DNA from: Podarcis gaigeae
Taxonomy: Eukaryota
DNA length: 64,000 nt
Reading direction: 5' to 3' (one strand)
Assembly: GCA_964106915.2 (NCBI GenBank)
Contig: OZ066916.1
A program made the position numbers and the translations under genes. The notes beneath the pieces are model-generated. The model searched no databases. It was not told where the DNA came from and was given only the letters and a program-made list of their open reading frames with translations. Positions 50,149 to 64,000 of this stretch are shown here, one piece after another; the stretch's first letter is position 1; every line of letters begins with the position of its first letter.

Positions 50149-52279
50149 TATTTAGATGAATTTTACTCAAGTAAGATATTTTGGAATTAATGGATTTGAT
50201 TTAGTTGTGTTCATTATTTTCAGTGGGTCTCGTCTGAGTAAAACTTAGCTGAAGACCACCCACTGCAACCTGGTCATTTGGTGTGTGAATGTGCTTAGTT
50301 ATGTGTGTGCATGAGGGCAGTGTGTCAGCATAGTCCAAATCCAGAGTGTGCTTCAGGTAGGATGCACCGCCTCCAAATGTTCCAGTTAGGGAGATGACGC
50401 TTGAGAAGATCTTGCCTCTTCTTCCTCAGGAACATTAAGGAAACTGACCTCACACAATGAGAACCATGTTTCAGACCATCTGTTCTTCCTGATCTCTCTC
50501 CTCCTATCCCCTGAACATTTAATGAAGCCCAATGAGTTTCTGTCTAGATTGCAAGTACCACCCTACTCCTCCACCAAATGTCATCATTAATTGCTTTCAA
50601 ATGTTAGTACCTCTGACATTTCAGGGGACATTGGTAGGCTCCATGGACAGTGGCTTGGGATGCTGCAAACTAATCTGCCATCTTAACTCTGTTTACATTG
50701 TGACGCACAAAAAATGGTTTTGCTCAGTAGCTCTTTCCATCAAACCGATTTTTTAATCCCCTTTAATTTACCAAATACCCAAGCTGTTAATGAGCTTCCT
50801 TTCTTCATTGGCTTTAGTTGGAGACAAATCAATAACAGGACATTAGTTTTCCTTTATAATTTTGTACCTATTACTATTTTTGAAGCATAGTTTTGAGCTG
50901 AGCTACGTGGGGGGGGGGGGATGCAGTTTTAGTTGGTGACTCAGACCGCAGAATAATGTTTAAGAATTTATTCATGGCATGGTCACTTATGCATTGATAA
51001 AAAATAGATTTGCATAACATTTGCGTATGTTAGTTGATACATATAGGTGCAAATTTAGAAAAAAATACCTACAAAAATAAATATATGTTGTTGTTGTTGT
51101 TGTTAATTATTGAAGAAATGAATGCAATTGGCAACTTACAAGCCATAGAAGAGTTTGATATCTCAGATGGGTCTGCAAGGTAGCTATAGCCAATGGGACA
51201 CCATCTTCATGAAAATCAAGCAGGTGATTCCAGACACAGAGAAACCATTTTCTCCTCCCATGATCTTTTGGGAGGGCTTCATCTTCTATCACCTCTGTCA
51301 GAAGCAGTATGCTTTAAACAAGAGTTTCTGGAAACCACAGGAGGAGAGAGTGCTGTTGTAGTCAGGTTCTGCTTGCAGGATTTCCATAGGCACCTTGTTG
51401 GTCACTGTTAAAAACAGGCTGCTGGATTTGATGGTCTAAGCTAGCAGAGCTCTTCTTACATTGACCACTCTTCCATGTAACAAATGGTAATATACCATGA
51501 GGGGAAGCGTTGGTCTTTGAAAATTTTGGCTTTAGAAGATGAAGGGTCCATGTCATTTGAAATAATTCTAAAACATGCAGATTTGATCTGGGAGGAGGAA
51601 AGGGATTGCACTAAAATCCTTGTTCAGAACTTTGAAAACAGGCTTCATATTAGTAGCATTGAAGGAGGGGGGAAACCAACAACCTAGTACATTGACAGAA
51701 GTTCTCGTCTGCATAAAAACTGGCAAATTGCATTGCTTTGGCTCCTGCTGCTGGCTTGAAAATAAGTAACAGCTGGAGCCCAGCAACAAGAAAAACCCTA
51801 AAGAACTCTCATCCTAGTTTAGCTTGCCGTCTGAGCTTTAATTAACTTCATCATCCTCTTATTAAAATCAAACTCATTTAATGGGGCTTTTTGCCTCATT
51901 CCTTTTGTTCGCAGTGCATTGATCCCATGGAGCTTCTTTCTCGGAAAGATCAATGCAGTCAGAGATTACCTGGATACCTCTCAACACTGATGCCCTGTTA
52001 TTTACAGAGAATCTTCTGAAGCTCAGTTAGCTTTCCAAAAGCCACAACATATGGTCCTGCCTCAAAGGGAAAGAGTCAGATCTTTTGTGTGCTAAATGTG
52101 GAACAAATAATACTTGGAGATAACAGATAAACGTGGCTATACATCTTCTTCAAATAAATCAAAATCAGTAGCTTTCTTCAGAAGTTCTATCCAGGCAATG
52201 TTATATATAAACATTTTGCAAACTTTAAAATATCCAATGACTTCCCTTCTTCTCCTTCCATGGTTCATATTACATATAT

Positions 52280-52439
52280 GGGATGCGGGTGGCGCTGTGG
52301 TCTAAACCACTGAGTCTCTTGGGCTTGCCGATCAGTAGGTCGGTAGTTCAAATCCCTGCAATGGGGTGAGCTCCCATTGCTCTGTCCCAGCTCCTGCCAA
52401 CCTAGTGGTTTGAAAGCATGCCAGTGCAAGTAGATAAAT
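52280..52439 (+). mobile_element. Sauria SINE, 5' half
   Basis: GGGATGCGGGTGGCGCTGTGG head, box B-like GTTCAAATCC. Confidence 0.8.
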
Positions 52440-53729
52440 GGTTTTCTGCATATTTGACTATAACCATTCAAATCATTTCCCCACTTTTACGTCTATCAAA
52501 TATTGTTTACTCTGTTGAGTTTATCTTAATGCTGTCAGCGTTTTTGTGCAGTGCTATACCACTGCATCCGCACTGCCTTGCTCCACCCTTTGATGGATGC
52601 CATGTGTCCTTGCAGTGAGAGATTCTTTATATGTACAACTGTGTATGAAAAGGCCTCCATGCAATCAGTGTTTTTGTACTGGAGATCCTCATAAAGGTTT
52701 TTATGGGAAGCAATTGCTGACAGTGACTCACACATATACTTGAGGGTCAATATGGAATGATCTTACAAGTGCTGCCATAGAGTAGTATACAGTACCCACT
52801 CAAGGGCTTTGACATTACATATACCTCAAAGAAGAGTATTCATAACCAGGAGAAAAGATTTCATCCCACGTCAGAAACTACAGGCTTTCAGGAGAACATC
52901 CTTTCTTCTCTACCAAGTTCAGCGGAAGTCAGGGTTTGGTAAGTTTCATAACCTAATCATTCATTGTGTGCTATATTATTAATCCCTCCTTCATTTCTAC
53001 AAGCCTAATCCAATACCAGCAGCTTAGAGAAACATACAGCTAAGAAGACAACCAGCTTTGTATGATTTTTTCTTTTGATTCCATCTCAAAGTTCATTTTT
53101 AGCATGTAGTTATAGGTTGGGCATTTCCACAGACTACTTATCCAACTAATAATCCCCTTGGTATTTAAAGTCCACTAAGTTGAAGTCTCAGGAATGTATT
53201 GGCAGCAACTGGCAAGCAGACCGAATTCCAGACTTAGCAAGGGTGCTGGTTCTACAGATCTTTGCAAGGTGGACTACCATGTCAAAGGTGAATGGTGCAC
53301 AAAATACAATTCAGCATCATTTAATTGAGGACCCTTTTGACTTGGTAATCCCAGGAGTGGGCAAAAGATCTTGGGTGACTTGCAGTTTGTAATTAGAGGC
53401 TCTATCAAGATATTTTGTAATGCAGCATTTTCTGACTCTGTGCATCATTAACATGGCACCAACAGCAATTCATAATTAACGTGTGCACAATTGCACAGTA
53501 ACATCCTTTGGGATGCAGGTAATTAATGATGCATTGAATCAGAAACTGCATTCAAAATTGTATACGTTAATGGCCCAAAGGTATTTGCAGCAAGAGCAGA
53601 AGACACATTAACTTTAAGAAGTAGAAGTAGCCTTTTTGCTATGGGACATGAAGTAGTTATAATTAATTGTACATATCCAGCCATCCGGGCTCACTTCACT
53701 TGCCTACTCTGCCTAGCCCCTACCCCCAG

Positions 53730-54207
53730 GGGTGTACAAAATGGGGGGCGGAGGGGGCGGGCCACCCTGGGTGCCACTCTGGGGGGGGGGGGGTTGACAA
53801 GATGGCCCCTGCCTCCCCCCAGCTGTAGAGCGGCCGAGGGCGCGTGCACTGCATATGGGCACTGCTCGCATAGCAACCATATGGGCTGCCGCTCTCAAGC
53901 GCTGTCCATATGGGTGTCTGTACAGGCTGCCTCTCACACAGCGACAGTACAGGCTGCTGATCTCGCATGCTGTCCATATGGGCTGCCTCTTGCACGGTGA
54001 CCGTACAGGATGCCACGCATGTGCACTCCGTACGGGATGCCGCACATGAGCAGTCTGTACAGGATACCACTCGTGCAGCAGCCTGTACAATCGCCGTGCA
54101 AGCGGCAGCCCGTACGGGGCGCGCATTTGCGGCATTCCATATAGGGTGCACATGTGCGGGATGGCACAGGTGCACACTCTGTACGGGCTGCCCCGCCCTG
54201 GGTGCCA
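53730..54207. repeat. GC-rich insertion containing a ~27-bp-period degenerate minisatellite
   Basis: About 13 copies of a core resembling CCGTACGGGCTGCC, showing CpG decay; CCCTGGGTGCCA occurs near both ends. Confidence 0.6.
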
Positions 54208-54944
54208 GAGAGGGTTAATCAGCCACTGCCTACCCCATCCCTTTACACTTGGGCAATCCCTCCCACTTCCTGGTGCTATGGGAAAGCAGGGAAGGAAACC
54301 AGTAAGGGGGCAGGTGGGATTTCTCCTCTTCAGTCCCCTCCCAGTCAGCCAGTGCAGCAACAGGGAAACATGGGAAGGCTTGCAAAGACTACCTTGCGCT
54401 AATCCTTTCAACCTTGAGCAGGGAGAGTAAGACCTTGCCTCTTTCTGTTCATCTCCAGTTTCCAGCCTGTTGCTCGCTCACTCTCTTGCCTCAGTCCCCC
54501 AGATGCCTTCCTCCAGCTCCATTTCCTATCCCTTGTTTGTCACCATGCCGTAATTCTGAGCGCCACCTGTTAGAAGCCACATGAATTGCAGTGTGACAAC
54601 AGTCACAACTTTATGTAATAGCTGAGCTCTATCTATCTGTCTGTGTGTATTGTAATTGGATATTTTCAGTATTTTCATTTTTTTTGTCCTTCTTTGTTCC
54701 TATGATTATGGACTTCTTTGAGAGGCTATTTTACTGAAAAGCAACACAGCAGCCTTAAAAGAAATACATGAATTCTAAATGTCTGTCACACTGAGCCACC
54801 ATGGAAGCGCTTGGCTCCATTTGGTGGGTCTAATTAAAAAGAGAGAGGAGAACCCAGAAGCCTGGAGCTTGCCCAACCCTGGGTTGGCCTGCATCCCCCT
54901 GGGGAGGGAGGCTACTGAATATTATTACAACATTTATATGGTTT

Positions 54945-55055
54945 AGTTACAGGTAGGTAGCCGTGTTGGTCTGTCGTAGTCAAAACAAAATAAAAAAAAT
55001 CCTTCCAGTAGCATCTAAGTTAGTTGGTCTCTAAGGGGCTACGAAGGATTTTTTT
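54945..55055. mobile_element. Penelope-like element terminal remnant
   Basis: GTAGCCGTGTTGGTCTG...CCTTCCAGTAGC...GTTGGTCTCTAAGG motifs resemble squamate Penelope ends (from recall); a similar short tail lies near 6555-6595. Confidence 0.45.
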
Positions 55056-57419
55056 AAAAATCATATTTATATGGTTATATCATTTCTTTAAGCATTTCTA
55101 GAAATTTACATGCAAGCTATTCTTTTACATTCTAGACAGTGCAGGGAGGTGGAAACCAGTTTGGGACGCATTTATCCATCAGGCTATTTAATTGCTTCTC
55201 TTGAAGCTGCATCATTTAAAATCAAAGGCCACTTTCCCCCTCGAGAGTACAGTTCAAGTGCTTCTGTGTGGTTCACCGCTTTTTAACGCCACAGAATGAA
55301 GAAAGGGAATCATCATGTTGCAGCATTCGAAGTCATGGGGCCAACGATTTCCTTCCCTCTGCCCAAAAGTGTAGGTGCTTTAATAAAGGCAATTCATTGC
55401 TCAGACTTGGCACAATGTGATCTGATCCAATTTGTTTCTGTTGCCATTTGCTATGGGCAAGGTACAAAACTGACAATAAAAGGAATACATTGCACCTCAG
55501 ATGGAAGGCTATATATTCAAATTAGAGACAATCCTCAAATTTATGTGTGGCATAATTCCAAGCAGAGATTAAACATTATCATGGTCCATTGCTGGCAGTG
55601 TACTTCAACAAAATATTTTAAAACTCTGTATTTAAATACATTTTCCTCATTTCTGGCTATTGTTTAAGTAGGACGTCATTAGGAAATGATGAAAAACAAA
55701 ACTGTCAGGCATAGCTGATCCTGTGTATTTTTTATGCAGAAGTGGGCCCCATTGATTCAGTGGGGCTTCCTTTCAAGTAAGTGTGCCATGGATGGCAGCC
55801 TTAGAAATCTCCTGCATAGCAGAAAACCGTGATGCTTGATTGGTAGAAGGTTGCAGGGTAATGCTCAAAGGGAGGTGAAATAAACCTGTCCTTTCTAATT
55901 AACCTAGCTGCTGTACGTCACTTTAAGCTTTGGTGGTTACATTTGCAGCATTCCAAAGCATAGCTCCATACAGCATCCTTCATCTGTAATTGTTCATGAC
56001 TGTATAAAAAGCAGCAACCATAGTTCTATAGATGTTTGAGGCAAGCAACACTGAGCTGGGTCTCTGCACATTTCCCAGGTTATCCTTCCGCCCCAAGGAA
56101 AAATCCATTGAATCTAAAATACCTTATGTCATCTCAGTTGATGTGTGCACTGTCTATGCTTCCAAACCTTCAAATAGGAAAACCCACAGCCTTTGGCTTG
56201 TTGCATTGCTACACTGCTGTTATGAGTATGACGCTTCCTAAATGATTAATCAAATTTTCTTCTCAATCTATTGTAGCTTGCCATTGTATCAATGATTCCC
56301 CATTTATAAGAAATTAAGAAGGGCCCTGCTGAATCAGGTCAAAGGCTTACCCAGCATCCTTCTCTTACAGCTGTCAACCAGGACCTGAGTTTAAGAGCAT
56401 GCCTCCCATCCCACACTCGTGGTCCACAACATAGTGCCTCTGACAGTGGAGGTGGAACATGGGCAAGTACATCTGTTTCCGTCATGATTAAAATTCAGGA
56501 GGAACAGTTCAGCTCAAGCTGTGCATGCATACTGTTCTTCATATGTAACATCAAACAAGTCTGTGCATGCAATGGTTGAGCTGTACAAATCAACAAGAGT
56601 GCACTGTATCACACAAACACTTGCACATGTGTGACGACAGCTTGTACCTGCGTGAATAGGCTCGTGTAAATGCTAAGCCATGTGCCACCGTTACAGACTC
56701 CATTTTGAATGGGAGCTTCTGGAAGCTCTAGCCCTTTGAGAGTACTGCATGAAACACTTTCATCCACACAACAGGAGGTTTTTATGGCTACTTCGATGTG
56801 GTTGTCTTTAACATTCTGCTTTTTGTTATTTGCTGGCATAAGCCGGAATGATGGACATGTCTAATAACATTGTGTATTCCTCAGAGACAAATGCCTTGAT
56901 CAGCTAAAGAGAAAAACTCTCAAAACTACTTCACAGCTTCCTCTTTTGAATAGTTGTTTTCAGCTTTCTCTACTCCTTTTTGTTCTTTGAAAAGTGAAAA
57001 CTCTTTAAAGTCCATCACATTTTGAGATTTATAGAAAGAAAAAAACATGCTTTTTGGCCATCCAAACTGGCCCACAGGGACTTAGTGGGGAAAAATTAAG
57101 TTTCAGGTTCATTACAAGAAAGTCATTTTTGCCAACAGGAAAATTAATCAATAGTTCTCCTCTGATGCAAATTGCTGGGTGAAAGATGCCCAAAGCTCTT
57201 GGATGGCATCATTTGCATGGCAGTGCCTAAAGTGCTGAATGAGTGTAGCCCAAATGCATTTAGCCAGCCACAGCAGTGGCAAATCTGAGGGAAGGAAGGG
57301 AGACAGCTCTTGCCTAAGGTATGACTTTCCAATTGGTTTTAACCTTGCAATTGGCCTTAACTGTTGTACTGAGATGTACAAGCAATCATAGGAACATTGG
57401 GAGCTGAGTTATGCTGAGT

Positions 57420-57905
57420 CATAGAATGATAGAATTGTAGAGTTGGAAAGGATCCTGAGGGTCATATAGGTAACCCCCCTGCAATGCAGGAATCTCAACT
57501 AAACAATCCATGATAGATGACCCTCTAATCTTTGCTTTAAAAGCTCCACGGAAGGAGAGTCCACCATCTTCTGAGGGAGTCCATTCCACTGTCAAACTGC
57601 TCTTACCATCAGACAGTTCTTCCAGATGTTTAGTCAGACTCTCCTTATTTGTAACTTGAAGTCGTTGGTTCAGGTCCTAGCCTCCAGAACAGGAGAAAAT
57701 AAGCCTGCTCCATCTTACATTGACAACCCTTGAGATATTTGAAGATAGGTATCATATCTCCTCTCAGTTTCCTCTTATCCAGGCCAAACACACTCAGTTC
57801 CCTCAACTGTTCCACATAGGGCTTGGTTTTCAGACCCTTGATCCCCTTTTGCACACGTTCCAGCTTGTCAATATCCTTCTTAAATTGTGGGATCCAGAAC
57901 TGGAC
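57420..57905 (-). mobile_element. CR1 LINE 3' fragment
   Basis: VQFWIPQFKKDIDKLERVQ...PYVEQLRELSVFGLDKRKLRGDMIPIFKYLKGC; ATTCTAT-like 3' terminal repeat. Confidence 0.88.
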
Positions 57906-59489
57906 CCTTGTTCTATCTAGCTCACTACTGTACTGTCGACACTGGCAATGGCTCTCCAAGGTTTCAGGCTAGAGTCCCTCTCAACTCCTACCCCCGGGAT
58001 ATACCAAAGATTCAACCTAGGAACGCATGCAAAGCAGATGCTCAATCACTGAACTACCCTTTTAGGAATTATATGTGAAAATATCAGAAACCTGGCATGC
58101 TCATGATTTCAAAGAAAGCAAGCAAAAAATAAAAATTGGTGCCGTTTTGAAATCAGTGGTTAAAATCAATGCACTTTAGGAAGGTTGAGTCTGCCATCTT
58201 GATTCAAAATGACATCTAACTGTATCCAAACATCTGTATCCAAATATAGTTGCAAATCTGCTCCTTGGTGGTCAGGAACCATCATGCAAAATTTGGTTAC
58301 AGTATCTTGAGGGCATCCAAATACATAACAAAGAAATAACTTTCTAAAATATATAGTAGATTGGACAAATTCATGAAGAATAAGACTATTAATGGCTACT
58401 AGCCATGATGGCCATGTTCTACTTCTAATACTGGAGGCATCTAACTACCAGTTGCTGAGAATGATGTATGGGGAGAGCGCTGTTGCACTTGGATCCTGTT
58501 TGCAAGTTTTCCATAGGCATCTGGTTGGTCACTGTGAGAACTGAGTGCTGGACTGTCATGGGCCTTTGGCCTGATCCAACAGGTCTTTCCTCATGCTCTT
58601 ACCCAGTTAGCTTCCTGGAAGACTGGAGATTTGAACCCACCTCTCCCTGGTCCAAGTCAGACACTGTCCACCACACCACACACTGGCTTGATAAACTTCA
58701 CAGTTGTCCCAGCACAGACTGGACAATGCAGAAAGCTAAAAAGAAAACAAGGCATCCTCTGACCCCCGAGACTAAGCAAATATCATTGCAGGAGAAAATG
58801 AGGTCCTTTATTACATTACATATTCGCCAACATAAGATCCAAATGTTAGATGGCTTCTCTTTTCTCCTCCTGTCCCCTGGGCTGCCTTTCTAATCAAGCA
58901 GTGCCCACCAGTTTGATGAGAGGCTCCACTCTGCCTAGGAAGGTTACTTAGGGTTACAAATTTAGCATTTCCGCCTCCCACGCCGGTCTGATTTGATTTG
59001 CCATGACACTGAGACCCAGCTCCGCTTGTCATACCTGCAGCACTGCATGTCACAAATGTCACATTCAAAAGCAAATACAGACCCAGGGGTTAATTGGATT
59101 ACGAAGACAAGTGACACTTTTTTATTATTGACACAGGCAGTTACAGTGGTGCTCAGAACAAAGCCCAACTCAGAAAATTAGAGGCACCAGCAATGAAAGA
59201 AAAATAATTCCAGGACTGAAAAAAATAATAATGGTGGAGATGGCCCAAAGCTGCATGGTAGAGCATCTGCTTAATCTCACTCAGTATATGCCATCCTTTT
59301 TTGTTCATAGGAACTATTTTTTAAATTAATGAACAACACACAAAAATATGGCCTCATCTCTTATATGCCCAATCAGTCACTATTTTCTTCAGAAGACTGC
59401 ATCCTGCAAATTCCATCTGTATTTATCTCCGTCAGGCCCTCAGGATTCCTCCCCCCACAACAGCCACACCCCTCACTAGTCCTACTATA

Positions 59490-59565
59490 TTTTATTGTAT
59501 TTTAATATTCTGTTGGAAGCCGCCCAGAGTGGCTGGGAAAACTCAGTCAGATGGGTGGGGTATAA

Positions 59566-59615
<50 letters not shown>
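59490..59615 (+). mobile_element. L2-clade LINE tail with (TTA)n
   Basis: GGAAGCCGCCCAGAGTGGCTGGG...GGGTGGGGTATAAAT(TAT)n. Confidence 0.7.
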
Positions 59616-60775
59616 TTTGCATGCAACATGAATGTTTTGGCCTGACTGGGAATTCATCCTTGAAGTCTAATGAAGCTTTTTGCTTGCTTAGATGAAAGAT
59701 ACATAGAGAGTGTAGGGACTAGCCTACTGTACGAAGGTAACTTTTGCATTTGTATCTCTCCATCCCTTTTCCTTTGGCCCTACCCACTACTGGTTTGTGG
59801 CCCACAGGAGGTTGCCCAGCAGGGAAGAAAGATGTGGCCTTTGGGGTGAAAAAAGGTCCCCCACCCTTTGCTTTAAATAGAAGCTGGGGAGATAATAGAA
59901 CTGGGACTGCGATGCACAAAGAGGAGGATGTTGTGGGAGATGCCATTCAGTGCCAGGTAGCAACTATGTGTGTGAGTGGAGGGGAGAGTTTTTCCTCCTG
60001 GCACAGCAGGAAGGGTCAATCCCCTCTTCATCCATGCTTGCAGCAGTCCTGATCCACATATTAAACGTAAGGTGTAGTATTGCCCTAATGTCAGAAGGAG
60101 CAGGAGGAAAAGAGTATGATCCAAAAGTGGTACCACACTTGGAGTATTTCTTTCCTGCCCGCTGTCTCAGCACAACTATGGACAGCAGCTGAGGAAGAGA
60201 GGTGAAGCTGAGACAAGGAATAATGCTATTGTTGCACAGGACAAGTCTCAGCCTGAATAGGAAGTCTTCATTGTCCTTCCTAGACAGAAGAAGCCAATGG
60301 ACAGTCTGGGCAGGTGAAGTCATTCTGAAGCCTACAAAATCGTTACTGACCAGGGACTGCTCCTCACTCTACTTTGGTGGCTTACTTCACAGGAACTGAA
60401 GCATCCAGATCCTTAGGCCCCCAGTTCTGGGCCAGCAACTCATGAGGCTGCTGTTGTGGGCCAGATCTTGGACAGAGACTCTGATGCAGAGAGGCCATCT
60501 CCACTAAGGTTATAAGGGGGCTGCTGGGCTCTCCTGGCCCTGATTACAGCTGAGGAGAAGTAGCCAAGCAACCAAGAAGCTCCTTCAGGATGGAGATTCC
60601 ATGGAATATATGACAATAGCAAAGGATCTAAGTCACATTTCAAAGACCACTTGGCACCACTATTATACCAGTGAGGCAGGATGAAAACCTATGCCAGCAA
60701 CCGCAGCAACATCAAAGGGATAGGTTGAGCTCTAACGGTTGCTGAAGCAACAACTGCTCTGTTCAATACCTGGTA

Positions 60776-61014
60776 CAGTGGTACCTCAGGTTAAGTACTT
60801 AATTCGTTCCGGAGGTCCGTACTTAACCTGAAGCTGTTCTTAACCTGAGGTGCCACTTTAGCTAATGGAGCCTCCTGCTGCCACGCCACCAGAGCACGAT
60901 TTCTGTTCTCATCCTGAAGCGAAGTTCTTCACCTGAAGCACTATTTCTAGGTTAGCAGAGTGTGTAACCTGAAGCATATGTAACCTGAAGCGTATGTAAC
61001 CCGAGGTACCACTG
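60776..61014. mobile_element. Tc1/mariner(pogo/Tigger)-type MITE with TA TSD
   Basis: TA-CAGTGGTACCTCAGGTTA...TAACCCGAGGTACCACTG-TA. Confidence 0.88.
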
Positions 61015-62609
61015 TACTGATTGCTGTTGGTCTATTACTTTGATGGCTGCTGCTCTATCTGCATCCAGTACCAAAATGCCCCAGTAGAGCTGTAGTCTCT
61101 TGTTTGCTGTTTCTTCAGCTATGCTCTTCTTCTTACTCCATTCCAGCTAGGCCCAGCCCAAGGCATTTTGGCACTTGAGGCAAACCACAAAAGTCCACAT
61201 ACGCCCTGCCATAGAAGGAGGAGTGAGTGAAGATCTACATCAGGGACAAGTGGAAAAATAAAGGTCTACATGGAGAACAAGGGTGGGAGAAGACCAGCAG
61301 CACCTTCAATTTGCAAAGAGGACACTGCAGAGGCTGCATTGTGCAGGGTAGGACTGCTGAGGAGGTGACAGGTCCGGCCTCCAAAGCAGCAGCAGTGGGC
61401 AATATATCCATTGGAGACCAGATCTGCTGCTCCTATGGATCATGCTGCCTGAGGCAGTTGTCTCACCATGCCTCATAGGTGGGCCGGCCTTGAACCCAGT
61501 TCCTGAGTCCCAAGCCCAGCATTTCCACGCTACAGGTTCTACTACTGCTGCAGTGCAATTTCATGCACATTTACTCAGAAGTTAAAGCTCCCACTGTGTT
61601 CAATGGGCCACACTCCTTAACAGCTTTGGGATTGTAGCCTCAACTTGGACTGCAAAGCACAGCTTAAAAGAAAATGAGTTGTCCTTGTTGTGTTTTTTTA
61701 AAAGGCTGTTTTGCTTTAACAATGACTCTCCCCATATGTTTTATTTATGCCTAATGGATAGTGTAATAAATAAATAAATAAATCCCAACCTGCTATTGAT
61801 TTCTAATGCGGAACCAGCCAGCCATATCAGATGAGAACAGTGTGCCAGCAACAAATATTAGTCCTCAAATGCCATGTTTCTTTCCAAGAGTCCCTTGAAA
61901 AGAATTGTTTACCATATCCCCTGGCAACCAGCTGCAGGACCCATATAGCTCTGAGGGGTCCTCCAGGGAATTTACCTCATGAGATATCTGAAGTGGCACC
62001 CACAGCAATCATGGTGGGTGAGGTGGGGTTCTGGTGCTTAGTGGAACCATGCTAGGGCAGGGCAATGGTGAGGGCAGTGGAAGCTGTAGGCTGGCTGCCT
62101 CCATGCCCTGCCCCATCCCAGCAAATGGCAACACTGCTGCAGCCAGTATGGTGACCCAGCAACAGCGCCCCACCGCAAGCTGTACAGTACAGACCATGAT
62201 AATTATGGAATTGACAGTGACAATTCACAAAACAGTTATTGATAACACAGTCAACCCGGCATTGGTAAGCCAATAAATACATACTAAACATCATTCATCT
62301 TGGTTCATTCCACAAGGGATAGCTTTGAACCTGTTGATCTATTGTAATTAGGGGTCAGCACATCCGTTTTATCTCAGCTTTTAATTTTTCAGCCCTTCAC
62401 ATTTCCACATCAGTGTGACTTTTCCACCCAAGTCTTCATAAAAAATCCATCCATATTTTAAGCGTGATTTTCAAGTGGTTGGACTAGATGACCCCCCTGG
62501 GTGTCTCCCAACTCCACAATTCTATGATTCTCCCACTATGAACTGCTTTTTGAACAGCAATTCCCCTAACACAATGTATGCCATTTTCACTAATGTATGT
62601 ATTTGTATA

Positions 62610-62967
62610 GGGTGACGCGGGTGGCGCTGTGGGTAAAACCTCAGCGCCTAGGACTTGCCGATCGCATCGTCAGTGGTTCGAATCCCCGCGGCGGGGTGCG
62701 CTCCCGTCGTTCGGTCCCAGCGCCTGCCAACCTAGCAGTTCGAAAGCACCCCCAGGTGCAAGTAGATAAATAGGGACCGCTTACCAGCGGGAAGGTAAAC
62801 GATGTTCTGTGTGCTGCGCTGGCTCGCCAGATGCAGCTTGTCATGCTGGCCACGTGACTCGGAAGTGTCTGCGGACAGTGCTGGCTCCCGGCCTATAGAG
62901 TGAGATGAGCGCACAACCCTAGAGTCTGGCAAGACTGGCCCGTACAGGCAGGGGTACCTTTACCTTT
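62610..62967 (+). mobile_element. Sauria SINE, full length, CpG-rich (young)
   Basis: Box A/B head (GGTTCGAATCC), ACCTTT tail, TSD TATGTATTTG at 62596-62605 and 62968-62977; inserted into an older repeat. Confidence 0.92.
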
Positions 62968-64000
62968 TATGTATTTGAATGCACACTTTGGTATATGCAT
63001 TTCTGAACACACGTTTTGGCTGGAGAACTTCTTCAATTGGAGTGTGGAATTATGACCCCAAAAATGTTGAGGTTAAGCTGTTTCTAAATCTAGTATGTTC
63101 TCCAAGTCTGAGCTCTATAGAATAATCCTGTTCTCGTTAAGTGTGATATGTTAATGAAAGAGATTGATAAAGGGCACCTCCTTGTGCCTCACTGGCAATA
63201 AATTGCAGGAAAGAGTCAGACCTTCCAGCTATTGGGACCATGGACTGGAGTTAATTAAGGAGCATTAATGATATTCTTATTAATAGAAGGTGATAGTTAT
63301 CACCCTAGAAGCCCTTTCTGTAATAGTCTATGCTATGATTTCAGTCAGCAGTTAATCAACCTCTGAGGTAAGTATAGCTTAAGATAACATCATTAACAAT
63401 GATGTATGTTAAATATATGGCATTAATGCTTTCCTGCTAATGGTCACATATCTCCAAGTGCCCATAAGGAGAGAGGAATGAAGAAGAAAAGAAAATATAA
63501 ATGTGTGACCTGTGGAGAAGATTGTTTTTCTGTGAAGTTTGGAAACTTTGCTTCTGAGGCACATCATGCCTTGTGTCAGCCTGGCCTCAGATTTTCATGG
63601 CTGGGAGTGTGTCATTTGTTGTAAAGAAGACTTGTGCAGCAATGGGGTGCTTAATTCTGATTTACCCACACAACTCCTCCTTACCAGGCACCACCTGTTC
63701 CCACCAGTCCAGCTCCTATCCACATTGTTCCTCTGTAATTAATTTATCTTTATTATGAATCTGTCTCAACCTTTGTAATGTGAATCCCATCATTTAACCA
63801 TGTGTTGTATGAAGAAATAATTTCATTTATCTGTTCTGAATCATCTAATGTTCAGCTTGGAAGTCCCCAAGTTGTTGTATTATGTTTGAGAGAGAAAACG
63901 TCCCCTCATCCTCTTTCTTCTCACCACGCATGATGGCTATGCTCTGCCATCACAGTCGGAAGCAGTAAGGCTTCTGAATACCAGTTGTTGAAAACTACAA

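Noticed and set aside
53840-54195. CRISPR-like repeat-spacer array
   Set aside because: Vertebrate DNA, no cas genes, degenerate ~14-bp cores and ~12-bp variable parts, mixed orientation

Overview
Eukaryotic, repeat-rich, essentially gene-free vertebrate DNA. Sauria SINEs plus BovB, CR1, L2 and L1 LINE fragments indicate a squamate reptile, probably a lizard (inference). No host protein-coding exon could be identified with confidence, and there is an assembly gap at 5361-5628. The main feature is a young, CpG-rich ~6.1-kb tyrosine-recombinase retrotransposon (Ngaro/DIRS order) at ~37209-43272 on the + strand. Its layout is CCAAT/TATA promoter, GC-rich leader, Gag-like ORF with CCCH+CCHC zinc knuckles, RT/RNase H (one premature TGA), tyrosine recombinase, SGNH/GDSL hydrolase, 3' UTR and AATAAA. 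Two things in it go beyond the ORF list. (1) Pol, the recombinase and the hydrolase have no ATG before their conserved N-terminal regions. Every ORF is instead preceded by a polypyrimidine-YAG splice acceptor, all in the same phase (phase 1), and matching phase-1 donors lie upstream. This suggests a virus-like alternative-splicing programme. (2) The 3' UTR can fold into a ~345-nt multibranched structure closed by long-range 14-bp and 13-bp stems, while the long terminal/split repeats expected for this order are not visible. The rest of the window is SINE/LINE/MITE debris, microsatellites and a few enhancer-like unique stretches.
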